A stretch of 64,000 bases of DNA from positions 10,044,001-10,108,000 of the forward strand of contig CATNEN010000039.1 of NCBI GenBank assembly GCA_950097015.1, given 5' to 3'. The notes beneath the pieces are model-generated. The model did no database searches, had not been told where the DNA came from, and saw nothing but the letters and a program-made list of their open reading frames with translations. The translations under genes were made by a program, and so were the position numbers. Below are positions 46,730 through 59,430 of the stretch, piece by piece (within the stretch, counting starts at the first letter, position 1; the number at the start of each line of letters is the position of its first letter). Source of the DNA: Macrostomum hystrix. Lineage: Eukaryota; Animalia; Platyhelminthes.

Positions 46730-47460
46730 ATTCCCTCCCCTATCTGTATCTATCCTTTATTTCCCACCCCTATCTGTCTCTATCCTTTATTTCCTAACCC
46801 TATCAGTCTCTATCCTTTATTTCCTAACCCTATCAGTCTCTATCCTTTATTTCCTAACCCTATCAGTCTCTATCCTTTATTTCCCACCCCTTCCAGTCTC
46901 TATCCTTTATTTTTACTCCTATCAGTATCTATCCATAATTTTCCCACCCTATCTGTCTCTATCCATCAATTTCCACCCCTATCAGTATCTATCTATCATT
47001 TTCCCACCCCTATCAGTATCTATCTATCATTTTCCCACCCCTATCAGTATCTATCTATCATTTTCCCACCCCTATCAGTATCTATCTATCATATCCCTCC
47101 CCTATCAGTCTCTATCCTTCATATCCCTCCCCTATCAGTCTCTATCCTTCATATCCCTCCCCTATCAGTCTCTATCCTTCATTTCCAACCTCTATCAGTC
47201 TCAATCCTTCATTTTGACCCCTATCAGTCTGTATCCTTCATTTCCCTCCCCTATCAGTCTCTATCCTTCATTTCCCTCCCCTATCAGTCTCTATCCTTCA
47301 TATCCCTCCCCTATCAGTCTCTATCCTTCATTTCCAACCTCTATCAGTCTCAATCCTTCATTTTGACCCCTATCAGTCTGTATCCTTCATTTCCCTCCCC
47401 TATCAGTCTCTATCCTTCATTTCCACCCCTATCAGTCTCTATCCTTCATTTCCACCCTTA
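46730..47460. repeat. About 30-bp pyrimidine-rich minisatellite
   Basis: (CCCTATCAGTCTCTATCCTTCATTTCCCTC)n with a gradient of variants. Confidence 0.9.
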
Positions 47461-48311
47461 TTAGTCTATATATTTTTCCCACACTTTCTTCCCAATGCTT
47501 CTGCTAAAGCAATAAGGCAATGCTCTCTAGTTTATTTGAATTTATTATAGTTCTTTCCACAGCAAGCTCTTGTTTTTTCTGTTACTTTGTGTTTCACAGT
47601 GTTTTCTTTTGTGCGGTAGGTATGGAAAAAATAAAATAAGAAATACAATAAGACGTTCAGAGATAGTTGTCTGCGTGACCTTCAACTGCTCTTGCAGCTT
47701 CCATCATCAACCGCAGCCTAGAACTTGTAACTGGCGGATGTCGTCGAAATATTATCGTCATGTAATCGACTTTTTACTAGCTTTTGTTACCTTCTGATTT
47801 CTCACTCCAAAATTGTCACTCCATTCTAGGAGGTAAGAGCTAAGAATATTAAAGGTGTCGCGCTTCTAACACAGCTTGGCTGGCAAAGTCATATTGTTTG
47901 GCTTGCACTAGTCAATGCGCATTGGTTGCTGGGGTGTGCTCTGCACGCGGAGCTCAAAGACTGAGTAGGCTGCGTGTTCGAGTGTGAGTTTCTAGAGAGC
48001 GCGTGCGTCAGACTGCTTTTTGGTTGGCTCTGTGGGGCAGGGATTTGAGCACTGTAGACTCTCTTCCAGCTGTCAAAACACACACACACACACACACGAG
48101 TCAATTGCAGTGATTCGGGCCCACCTCCCAGAAATCGATTTTATTTCCTTGTTTCACCCTCCCTTGCGCGCTCTGAGCACTGTTATAAACACGGTGTTTT
48201 ATATCATTGTTTGATAAAATATTTTTTATCAACTGACTCCGTTTGGTTGTAAGTCTGCTAGAGCTGACTAATTATTAGATTTTGCAGCTTTAGAGGTGAG
48301 TCGCTTATTAA

Positions 48312-48666
48312 GCAGTCCTTTCCCTGAAGTATTTTTATTCGTGACCAGTCCTTTCCCTGAAGTATTTTTATTCGTGACCAGTCCTTTCCCTGAAGTATTT
48401 TTATTCGTGACCAGTCCTTTCCCTGAAGTATTTGTGATTCATAACCAGTCCTTTCCCTGAAGTATTTGTGATTCATAACCAGTCCTTCCCCTGAAATATT
48501 TGTGATTCATAACCAGTCCTTTCCCTGAAGTATTTGTGATTCATAACCAGTCCTTCCCCTGAAGTATTTGTGATTTATAACCAGTCCTTCCCCTGAAGTA
48601 TTTGTGATTCATAACCAGTCCTTCCCCTGAAGTATTTGTGATTTATAACCAGTCCTTTCCCTGAAG
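48312..48666. repeat. About 32-33-bp minisatellite
   Basis: (ACCAGTCCTTTCCCTGAAGTATTTGTGATTCATA)n. Confidence 0.9.
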
Positions 48667-50034
48667 TTTTAATATTCATGACTCATGAATCATGGCCTGT
48701 CACTGCATGTTTATGAGGTTTACGTGAGGGAGTTAATGAGATTAATAAACGGTCATCACATAGCTATTATATTGAGCAGTTGTTTAATCTGGCAGCTATT
48801 CTGAGTTAATGACCAGTTTATAGTTAACAATGCGCAATGTGTTCAGTACGTAGTATGCAAACTCAGCTAATTAATTATGCCCGCCCTATATTATAATCTA
48901 TAGCTCTGCATGGCTTACTCTGCCGTATCTGCTGCTTGTGTAAACAGTTGGGTTGTAATTCGTACACTGCTGATTATACTCAGCTCTGAATTCAGAACCT
49001 AAACAGAGACAAACACTATTTTTCAGAACAGATTCTAGCTTCAACCCGCGATCCCTATCTCGAGTGTTTGGAAAAGACCTTAAATCTAAACAAACAGCTG
49101 TAGATTTGTTACTATTTTTAGAAACTTAGAGGGAAATCCCAAAAAGCAGCATCCTTGGCCAGCCGAGCGCGGCAATTTTCCGAGGAGAATTAGTCTGGAC
49201 GGTAGTAGTTTTTCTAATCCCAACACATCCGTATTGTAAAGTTTCCTTATTCGAGAATTATTTAATTCCTGCATTTTCCCATTCATGAATTTCCCAATCC
49301 GTGATTTATTCACATCCCTGAATTCCACCATCTGTGAACTATCCCCATCGTGCATTCTCCCTTCGTAAATTTTTCCCTATCTTGAATTTCTCCATTCGTG
49401 AGTTATCATTAACAGAGAATTTCCCCATCCGAGAATTTCCCCAGTAGGGTAGATGGAGGGGGTCAGTAGGGTAGATGGAGGGAGTCAGGAGGGTAGAGAG
49501 CGGCAGTCAGGAAGATAGATAAAATAGGTCAGTGAGGGAGTTAGAGGGAGTCAGGAGAGAAGCGACAGCAATGCAGCAGGACTGCAGAGTCCGAGTCCCA
49601 TCTCATCTTTGAAATTGAACTGCAATAAAGAGCTAATATTCCTGGAATCATATTTAATGCGACTTCATTAGCCTTCGGCCCACTGTTTTCTTAACACGAA
49701 CTTTATTAAGCGGTAAGAGAAAGCTGAAGAGACGTGCACAACTTAGCGTAGGTGCCAATGGAGAGATAGCGCACGGCTTTTGAGTAGTTTGGACACTCAG
49801 CATAATAGATAATTATGGGGTGGCTTGGACCATAGACAGCGTGCAAAATAACACACCATTATCTGCACGCTGTCTATGGTAAATCCTGGCATTATTTTGT
49901 CTCCAAACCATTCGTAAATTGTAGATTAATACAAGGCTTTTTAGTGCGTTAATGGTCTATGCACGAGGGCGCTTCGCGCCCGAGTGCCATAGGCATAGAC
50001 TATAATTAACGAACGTAGAAGCCTTGTATTAGGC

Positions 50035-51951
50035 CAGGGACTTCTATATATAGCAATCTGGACTGGAAACGCCCAGCCCGCATCTACCTTAGTGTGGCAA
50101 CCATTGCCAACTAATGTATGAGAAACCAGTGGGAAATCGATCTTTTTGGGGGGTCTAGTGACCGACTTAAATCACATCGGTGGCCAAAACGATTCGAATT
50201 GAGATGTTACTGCAATGAATAAAGTAATCTCAGCCTCATTATTAGATAACATAGGCCTAGGCCTCATATATTAGATAATAAGATTTTGCGCTTGAGCATT
50301 TAGGTCTGAGCAATGCACAAATACATTTATAAAATGCTAAATTTTATGTAGAAAATAATATAGAAAATACTTTTAAATGGAAATAGCAAATAATAATGTC
50401 AATTCATGGCAGAGGCCGGACAGCTTGGCGATCTTTCTCTTCTTTCCGCCTTCGCGGCTGGAGAGCTCCTTGGCCAGATTCTTCATCATGCAGTTGCAAA
50501 AAGCCTTGGCCAGGCCTGCCTTCACATCGTGGCCATGTGTGCAAGTCACCAGTTGCATGAAGGACTCCAGAAAGATATCTTCGTCGGCCATCTCATCCAC
50601 GAGCCCACAGAAGACCTGCTGCTGCTGCTGCTGCACTGTCAGGAAAACCCTGCGAAGGGATTCCTTCCGCCGGATCTCCTCGAAGATTTTCCAGCAATGC
50701 GTAGCAAGGGCGAAAGCCAGTTCAGTTGGCTGGCACAAAACTCCTCGGTTGATTTGCTCGAAGAAAGACGACGCCTCATTCGGCACCCAATCGGCCTCCA
50801 ACGGGTGCACCTCTTCCTGTTCCAGAAGGAGCTCTCTGCAGGAGTCGCACCTCCGATTCTGCAGAAACTTGCGGGCAACTGCAGCAGTCACGTAGTAAAT
50901 CCTCAGCCCAGTTCTTGATTCTCGACATGAGATTCAACAGCTGACTGAGAGTCGAAGCCTTGCCTTCAGACAGTAGGTCGCTAAACAAGCTTGATTTCAG
51001 TGGTAGTCCGTTGGCTCCATAGGTGACGGTAAAATCTTCTGCCAGGCAGATGTAACAAGAAACTTGGCACATTGGCTGAGTTTCCAGCACATAGATGCAA
51101 AGCTTTTTATCTTGGACAGCCGTCTGAAATCCAGCTGGCTTGGTCACCTCCTGCTCCATCCGGCGCTGAATCTCCCAAAGATCAGTCGCAGCAGCAATGG
51201 AGTCGTCTTGCTGGAAGGCTCCAATCTTTTCGTCCAGGTCCCTCTGTTCTCTCTCCATGCGATAAGACGACGTTGCAGCTGTCGCTCGTGGCGCCTTCTT
51301 GTCGGTTGACAAGTAGATGGGAGCGTTTTGAAAGACGGATGGAACAGCTCCGGGCTTCAGACGATTCCGCGATTCTTCTTCTTGCGTGCGGCATTGGTGT
51401 CCATCGATGTTTCGATGAAGTCATGGGCTTGAAAATGAAGCGAGCAGATCTTTGAATGCCTCGTGGGCTCGAAATTTTTTCTTGGATTCGCTCGTTTCCA
51501 TTTCTCAAGAAGAGCAGTGTCCTTGAGAGGGTAGCTGTGGAAGGTCACTCCAGATTCGGCGGTTGCTCGAGTAGAGCATCCGAAAGCTGAGCAAGCATGC
51601 ACCATTGAAAGCTTCACTGAAACAGGCACTTGTAAAGTTGCAACAGAAAGTTTATAGCAGTGTGAGTGTGTTGGTTTGAGATTTCAGGAGGCAGTCAGCC
51701 CTGTGCAAGGCATGATATGCTCTTCGGCAATGCTTAAACATCCAAGCCTGTACATTTCCTGGAATGTACAGGCCCCCTGACCCCACTCTCCTACCCCCGC
51801 CCCTTCCCAACCCTCCTTTTTCCCCCTTCAACTCGAAAACAGATAACATAGATTTTTTAGCTAGACCCAAATGCCTTGCCACACTAGCGTATAACCGGAG
51901 CAGCGTTTTATTTTCGTCGCCAGTCCAGATTGCTATATATAGAAGTCCCTG
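50035..51951 (-). mobile_element. P-element superfamily (THAP) transposon, internally deleted
   Basis: Perfect 32-bp TIRs CAGGGACTTCTATATATAGCAATCTGGACTGG (50035-50066 and 51920-51951) and a 7-bp TSD ATTAGGC (50028-50034 and 51952-51958). Confidence 0.9.
50373..51605 (-). pseudogene. THAP/P transposase remnant: THAP domain, coiled coil and C-terminal domain; catalytic core missing
   Basis: MVHACSAFGC...FHSYP...W...ICSLHF (THAP C2CH). LKPGAVPSVF follows in another frame (frameshift at about 51360). At about 50900 it joins out of frame to IYYVTAAVARK..CDSC..RGVLCQP (P transposase C-terminal region). Confidence 0.8.
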
Positions 51952-52962
51952 ATTAGGCCCATTATTTTATTGCCGATTCTTGCCATAGACTGCCATTAAC
52001 TGCACGCTTTTTTCATTAAGAAAGGTTTATGAAAATGTAATAATGTCATATTTCATCTATAATTTCTCATCTCTCATCTCTCATCTTTTATCTATCATTT
52101 CACGCCTCTCGCTTCTCATTTCCAATTTATTATTTCTCATTTATCGTATCTAATTTCTGAGTTCTCTTTTTTCATTTTCTCACCTCTCCCATGGCCCCTA
52201 TTTCTCCCGTATTTCCCCATCTTATTGATCACTTATATCTTTGATTTCTCGTCTTTCCTTCTCCAATATCCACACCTGTCTAGTGCTGTTTTCTGTCCAT
52301 AGTAAACTCATAGGTCTTAAATTAGCAGAGCTCGCTACTCTTAGAAGGGGAAACCAAAGTAGCCAAAGGCATCCTCAACCAAAACCGCTCAAGCTGAGCA
52401 GTATTCTTTCCAGAACTAACGAACAAATTTTTCTACCTCTGTCCCAAATAGTTAGGTCAAATTCTTCCCTTAGTCAAACTGTTCCCGGATAGAAAGAGAG
52501 AAGCTAAAAACTTATAAATTCATTTTGGTTGCCATGGAAACCACGATGTTTTAGCATTGGCAATGACAAGCCTCTAGTCTAGTCCTCTCTCATTGGGTGA
52601 GGCCTTGGGGAGCATTTGGCTCACATCCCTTCTGTCCCTTCATTCCCTGCACTGCCCACGTTCCCAACTCTCGTTCCCGATTCCCCCAAGCCTCAGAATC
52701 CCTATCCGGCTCCGTAGCCTCATGCTCCAATGCCCTCCACCCTGGAGAAATTGGCTGAGAGCGGTTCTCTGGTACACTTTATGGCAACCCTTTGCCCAGC
52801 CACCGCTATTCTCCCGCCCGGCGCCCAGCTCTTCCATCCCGCCTCCCAAACGGTCAGTCCGGCTTCTTCTCTCTCTCTCTCTCTCTTCCGAACTCGCGAA
52901 TATCTCCCACGTGCTCTGACTAGATAGTTTCGAACTGAAAACCGCAACTCTGTTCTCAGAGC

Positions 52963-55900
52963 ATGGACGACGATTCTGCGGCCGGCATTTTTGTGCCCCG
53001 AATCGAGCAGCTCCGACGCCAGGAGTCGACAGCCACCGACACCGCCACCTATTACACCCAGAGCAGCTTCGGTCTCAGCAGCAGTGGCGGCGGCAGCGAC
53101 GGCGGCGGTGCCGGCGGCAGCGGTCGTTCCCGGCCACTGCGGCACCCGTACTCACTGCACCTGCACCTGATCAAGGGCGCCAATCTTGTTGTCCGCGACT
53201 CGAACGGCTTCAGCGATCCCTACGTGAAGCTGAAACTCGGCCGGAAGCTTCTGGCCAAGAGTCGCGTCATCGAAAAGTCGCTCAATCCGCGCTGGGACGA
53301 ACACTTCGAGTTTCGCATCAAGGACGTCGAACGGGACCTCGAGCTGCGCGTCTACGATCGCGACCGATTGAGCGTCAACGACGACTACATGGGCCACTGC
53401 TTCCTGGCACTCGGCCAGCTCTGCCTCGGCCGCGTTCAAGAGTTCTGCATCGACCTCACTGACGAGACAGGCAAGGCTGAGGAGCCCTACATGGGCTGCT
53501 TGTCCTTCGCAGCCAAGCTGGTGCACCGCCTCATCCCGGAGGAGCTCACCGCCGACCAGCAGCAGCCGATTGAGCCGTCCTCAGCGTTGCCAGCGTCGTT
53601 TCCGTCGTCGTCGACGTCCGCAAACGCTGCCGGGAACGCGGCCGCGTTGAATCACCATCCGCATGCGGAGCACGGCATGGTGTCCGGCGGGCTCGCCCAC
53701 CTCAGCAACCTCACCAGCAAGCTGGTCGGCGGCAAGAAGCAGCACACTGCCGTTGTCATCGTCAACCTCATCAACGGCCGGAACCTGCTGGCCATGGACG
53801 ACACCGGCCAGAGCGACCCCTACGTGAAGTTCAAACTTGGCGACCAGAAGTACAAGAGCCGCATCATCAAGGAGACCCTGAATCCGTACTGGGGCGAGGA
53901 GTTCGAGTTGAAATACTTCCCGGATGACGACGGCGCGCTGCGCATCTCCGTGTTCGACCACGACGTGGCCGGCCAGAACGACTTCATGGGCCGGACCCAG
54001 GTGAACTTGAAGCGGCTGGCCTGGGAGAAGTCGCACATTGTCGAGGCTCAGCTGCTTGATGGGGCTGGCAGTCTGCGCCTCCTCATCACCATCACGGGAG
54101 CCACCATCAGCAGCGTCAGTTCGGACAACTACTTCAGCCAGCGCGGCCGCATGGAGATTGTGAACAGGTACTCACTGCTGCGCACGCATGAAGACATTGA
54201 CGATGTGGGCTGGCTACAGGTGAAGGTGAGCAATAAATGCCTACTTAATTTACAGCTGGCTTCTGCAACAAGAATCCTTGATATTTTTTAGCCTTTTTTT
54301 ACATGAGGGCAAAGCCGGGCACTGGCGCATCAGCCTGCGAGGAGGCAATTAATAATTATAATATTGTTAACAGTAGATGTGTTTTTCAAATACCCGCTTC
54401 CTACTTCACGATAACTCCCAAACCGAATAACCAATTTTCGTGAAAGTGCACCATTTGGATAAAACATTTCTCCCCTTTATGTTGAGATCGTCGACGTCGC
54501 ATTGTCGAGGTCGTCTGATGCTCTAACCACTACGCTACAGCCGTAAAAGTACACGCACACTCACGGATCTGCAGGTACATTTACCACGACTTTCATTATC
54601 CTCAGACAGCGTTCCCTCTCACGGTGCCATGCGGCTTGGCCCCTCATGGTTGTAAATTACACGACAAACGCCCAAAATGAATGTGGCCTCGCCGCGGAAT
54701 CGAGCTCAGGGACATTATGTGCACCCAGGAAATTTAATGCGAAACATACTCGAGAGAAGCAATTCAGTAATTGAATCAACGGACCCGCAAACCACAAAGG
54801 TGCTCCGAGGCCAACGCCTGACCGAGGAGAGCCACAGACTTGACGCCTTCTGCGTGCTGGAAGTCGGCAACACTCGCCTGCAGACGCACACAGAGTACAA
54901 AACTGTCAATCCCAATTGGGAGCGCAGCTTCGTGTTCGACCTCCGCGACGTGCACACCTGGCTGGAGATCTCCGTCTACGACGAGAACCGCGACCGCAAG
55001 AGCCAATCGAAGTGTCTTGGCCGGCTGGCGCTCCGGCTGCTGCGCATCGCCAACAGCGACCGTCGCTGGTTCGCGCTGCGCGACAAGAATCTGGAGTCGC
55101 GGGCTCCTGGCCTCATCGAGCTGGAAATGGACCTCATCTACAACCCGGTGCGTGCCGCCATTCGCACTCTGAACCCGCCGGAGGAGAAGGTGATGCGACC
55201 GGAGCCCAAGTTCAAGCTGGCCCTGGTTCGGCGCAACGTCAACCGCTTCATGAGCGTCATCGACGCCCTCATCGACTTTGGCAACTTCGTTGACAGCTGC
55301 TGGCAGTGGGAGAATCCGGTGCGCAGCGCCGTGGCCTTCCTCTGCTACATGACCATTGTCTGGAACTTCGAGCTGCACATGCTGCCCTGCACCCTGATCG
55401 TGCTGCTGCTGGTGAACCTGGCCTATCGCCTCACCGAGAGCCACTTCCAGTCGCGGCATCATCACTCCTCGCCTTTGATTTCATCAGCCGAAGCAGCCGA
55501 CCCCGCGAATTCAGCGGCGGCAGCGGCGACGTCAGCTGGGGACGAGTGCAACAGCGTCGAGTGCCTCGACTCCACCGAGGAGGAGCGAGGCGATGGCGGC
55601 GGCGCCAGCAGCGACAAAGGCGACGACGCTCCGACCAGCTGGAGAGAGCGCATCAAAGCGGCGCACGGCATCTTGGTGAAGGTGCAGCAGGGCCTCGACC
55701 TCGTGGCCTCGATGTGCGAGAGCGTTAGGCATACTTTTGACTGGACGGAGCCGTGGCTGTCGGCCCTGGCCCTCCTAATTCTCTGCCTCGCGTCCGTGGC
55801 GCTGTATGTGTTCCCCCTGCGCCTACTCGCTCTGGCCTGGGGCCTCAACAAATTCACTAAGAAAATCCTGCGGCCGCACGCGCTTGACAACAACGAAGTG

Positions 55901-56038
55901 CTGGACTTTCTCAGCCGCGTGCCCAGCGACGTCGACCTGGCGCAGACCCGAGAGCTCCGGCTTCCAGCGGCAGTGGCTGCGGCAGCAGCCGCCGGGGCCA
56001 CAGCCTCGACTGGAGGCGGATCGCCAAAGAAGGCCTGA
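52963..56038 (+). CDS. MCTP: Multiple C2 and transmembrane domain-containing protein (MCTP), 2 main exons
   Basis: Exons 52963-54225 (AAG|GTGAGC) and 54800-56038. Three C2 domains (SDPYVK twice, LDAFCVLEVGNTRLQTHT), two TM regions and a PRT_C-like WGLNKFTKK..NNEVLDFLSRVPSD. A possible extra in-frame N-terminal exon 52730-52852 would splice to 52960. Confidence 0.93.
54295..54712 (-). mobile_element. SINE-like family A copy interrupted by a family-B/tRNA-like insert, in the MCTP intron
   Basis: Minus strand: CTGAGCTCGATTCCGCGGCGAGGCCA head (54712) and body to about 54545; an insert at about 54370-54545 including GGCTGTAGCGTAGTGGTTAGAGCA; then the 3' piece GCCTCCTCGCAGGCTG..TTTGCCCTCATG and an A-run. 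Confidence 0.6.
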
Positions 56039-56085
56039 CTGACTGACTGACTGACTGACTGACTGACTGACTGACTGACTGACTG
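56036..56085. repeat. (TGAC)n microsatellite starting at the MCTP stop codon
   Basis: GCC TGA CTGACTGAC... about 12 units. Confidence 0.95.
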
Positions 56086-56839
56086 CTTTCAATGCTGCTT
56101 CCTATGTGGCTTCCATTTGCGTTATCTCTATCTCACATCTGTCCATCCAATTCCTTCATTCCTTGCGTAATTAGCTCTCTTAGCTACTGAATTTCCTCCC
56201 GCTCTAGAAATTTAAATTGACAATGCACAGCGAAACAATTAGCAAAACGAAACCTTTTCAGAATTGTTTTGCCCAAGCGCTCATTCAATTTAGTATAAGT
56301 AGTATAAGTAGGTTATGCTATTTTTTATGAAATATTTAAAACGGGTTTTACCTTTGTTATGGAATTCAATTTTGGCTGTGTGACGCCGCTTGAAGGCGCA
56401 AGGCGTAAGCGAGTTTCAGCCTTCAAGAGTGTCCACTTAGCTCGTATTTTGCTTTCGACTGCTAGTAAGGCTCGACAAAACGAAGTTCTCACAATCGGCA
56501 TTGCTGCGAAATTCTGTTTTAAAGGCCTTCTTAGTTTCACTGTTTTCTTTTTTCCAGTTTTGCTTCTTGTAGAAGACTGTCAGCAAGCATGACATCTTTC
56601 TAAATGGTTGTTTGTTTGTTCATTTTATATCAACATTGCAAATGAAATAAAATTATAACAAAAAAGTTTAATAATGGAATTATTCTACGCCAAAAATACA
56701 AAGCCACCATTTAGTAGCCAGAGGTGTATCGAAAAATAAAGAGAAATAGAATGGAAAAGTCACACTTTATAGAGTGAAGAAATTGAAGGGACAAAAGTTG
56801 CACATCAAGCCACCAAGTCTTCTCTCCGCGGCAGGGATT

Positions 56840-57615
56840 AGTGAAGCGGAGGAGTGAAGGGGAGGAGTGAATGGGAGGAGTGAAGGGGAGGAGTGAAGGG
56901 GAGGAGTGCAAGGGAGGAGTGAAGGGGAGGAGTGCAAGGGAGGAGTGAAGCGGAGGAGTGAAGGGGAGGAGTGAAGGGGAGGAGTGAAGGGGAGGAGTGA
57001 AGCGGAGGAGTGAAGGGGAGGAGTGAAGGGAGGAGTGAAGGGGAGGAGTGAAGGGGAGGAGTGAATGGGAGGAGTGAAGGGGAGGAGTGCAAGGGAGGAG
57101 TGAAGGGGAGGAGTGAAGGGGAGGAGTGCAAGGGAGGAGTGAAGCGGAGGAGTGAAGGGGAGGAGTGAAGGGGAGGAGTGAAGGGAGGAGTGAAGGGGAG
57201 GAGTGAAGGGAGGAGTGAAGGGGAGGAGTGAAGGGGAGGAGTGCAAGGGAGGAGTGAAGCGGAGGAGTGAAGGGGAGGAGTGAAGGGAGGAGTGAAGGGG
57301 AGGAGTGAAGGGGAGGAGTGAAGGGAGGAGTGAAGGGGAGGAGTGAAGGGGAGGAGTGAAGGGAGGAGTGAAGGGGAGGAGTGAAGGGGAGGAGTGCAAG
57401 GGAGGAGTGAAGCGGAGGAGTGAAGGGGAGGAGTGAAGGGAGGAGTGAAGGGGAGGAGTGAAGGGGAGGAATGAAGGGGAGGAGTGAAGGGGAGGAGTGA
57501 AGGGGAGGAGTGAAGGCGAGGAGTGAAGGGGAGGATTGAAGGGGAGGAGTGAAGGGGAGGAGTGAAGGGGGGAGTGAAGGGGAGGAGTGAAGGGGAGGAG
57601 AGAAGGGGAGGAGTG
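56840..57615. repeat. 12-13-bp purine-rich minisatellite (GTGAAGGGGAGGA)n
   Basis: Direct reading. Confidence 0.95.
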
Positions 57616-58034
57616 GCGCAAAGAGGTGAGGGTGAGGTGTGAAGGGAGAAGTGAAGTGGAGGAGTGACGCAAAGAGGATGTGTGGGTAACTTAAAACCAC
57701 GCTGATCTGGCGAAGTCAGTCAATATTTTATACGAAGTAACAATATTGTAAGTGCTGCTTTTTTACAAGTTGGTTTTGGCTGAATGAGTCCTAGGTGTTC
57801 ACAGAACACTTTTAAGAGTACACGGCCAACAACCAGAGTCCGAGTAAATCAGTGTCTTTTATTAGTTTCAGCCAGAAGTACAACTTCCGCCCGCAGATTC
57901 TGTGACAGCGAGTGAATCAACTGTGGCACTCAATCCCTTGCCACTATACAGGGCATGTCAATGGGAACCGCTGTCACCGAGACTCAAATATTTGCTTTTC
58001 ACCAGAATCGACTCAATGACTTGCACCGACTGTA

Positions 58035-58580
58035 CTCACACTGACTCTCCCTCACCTTCTCGCCCTGACTGTCCCTCACCTTCTCACCCTGACTGTCCCT
58101 CACCTTCTCACCCTGACTCTCCCTCACCTTCTCACCCTGACTCTCCCTCCCTTTCTTACCCCGACTCTCCCTCACCTTCTCATCCCGACTCTCCCTCACC
58201 TTCTCATCCCGACTCTCCCTCAACTTCTCATCCCGACTCTCCCTCACCTTCTCATCCCGACTCTCCCTCACCTTCTCATCCCGACTCTCCCTCACCTTCT
58301 CATCCCGACTCTCCCTCACCTTCTCATCCCGACTCTCCCTCACCTTCTCATCCCGACTCTCCCTCAACTTCTCATCCCGACTCTCCCTCACCTTCTCATC
58401 CCGACTCTCCCTCACCTTCTTACCCCGACTCCCCCTCACCTTCTCACCCTGACTCTCCCTCACATTCTCACACTGACTCTCCCTCACATTCTCACACTGA
58501 CTCTCCCTCACATTCTCACACTGACTCTCCCTCACATTCTCACACTGACTCTCCCTCACATTCTCACACTGACTCTCCCA
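58035..58580. repeat. 24-bp minisatellite (GACTCTCCCTCACCTTCTCATCCC)n
   Basis: Direct reading; gives a spurious DSPSPSHP ORF. Confidence 0.95.
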
Positions 58581-59049
58581 CCCGCCGGGCACTATTTAAT
58601 GCATGTGAAATGAAACAAACGGGGTGGGGTGGGAACGTGGTATTACATCTGCTCTCCAGATTCAGTGGCTGGGCTCAGAAGGTGATGCACTTTTATCCCT
58701 TGGTTCGGACTCCGCGCCGGCTGTGGGTGGGTTGTCGGGGCGCTGGTTTGAAGAATGAGATGAGACTGCAGTTGCAGAGATGCGGGAGAGAAAACGATGG
58801 AGGCTGACAAGATGAGATTTATCTAGCAAACCCCGAGGGTATGCTTGGCCTTCTCTTAGACTTTTATATTTGAGATCTTTCCGTAGTGCCAGCGGCAAAG
58901 TCCGTCAGCGGTCCACAGAAAATTTGCTTGTTAATAACTCTAATTCTGCGATCTATTAATAGTCTTTTAAGAATGCCCAATTTATTTAATCTGCACAAAG
59001 CCAGCATGCTCTGGTTCTTAGAGGTCTGCCAATCCGCTCTTACCCTGCC

Positions 59050-59430
59050 TCTACCCTCTCTTGCCCAACCTTCTGCCCTCTCTTCTCCAATTTTTCTGCC
59101 CTTCTTCTGCCCTCTCTTCCCCAACCTTCTGCCCTCTCTTCCCCAACCTTCTGCCCTCTCTTCCCCAACCTTCTGCCCTCTCTTCCCCAACCTTCTGCCC
59201 TCTCTTCCCCAACCTTCTGCCCTCTCTTCCCCAACCTTCTGCCCTCTCTTCCCCAACCTTCTGCCCTCTCTTCCCCAACCTTCTGCCCTCTCTTCCCCAA
59301 CCTTCTGCCCTCTCTTCCCCAACCTTCTGCCCTCTCTTCCCCAACTTTCTGCCCTCTCTTCCCCAACCTTCTGCCCTCTCTTCCCCAACTTTCTGCCCTC
59401 TCTCCCCAAACTCTAATTCCCTCTCTCCCC
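59050..59430. repeat. 22-bp minisatellite (CCTTCTGCCCTCTCTTCCCCAA)n
   Basis: Direct reading. Confidence 0.95.
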
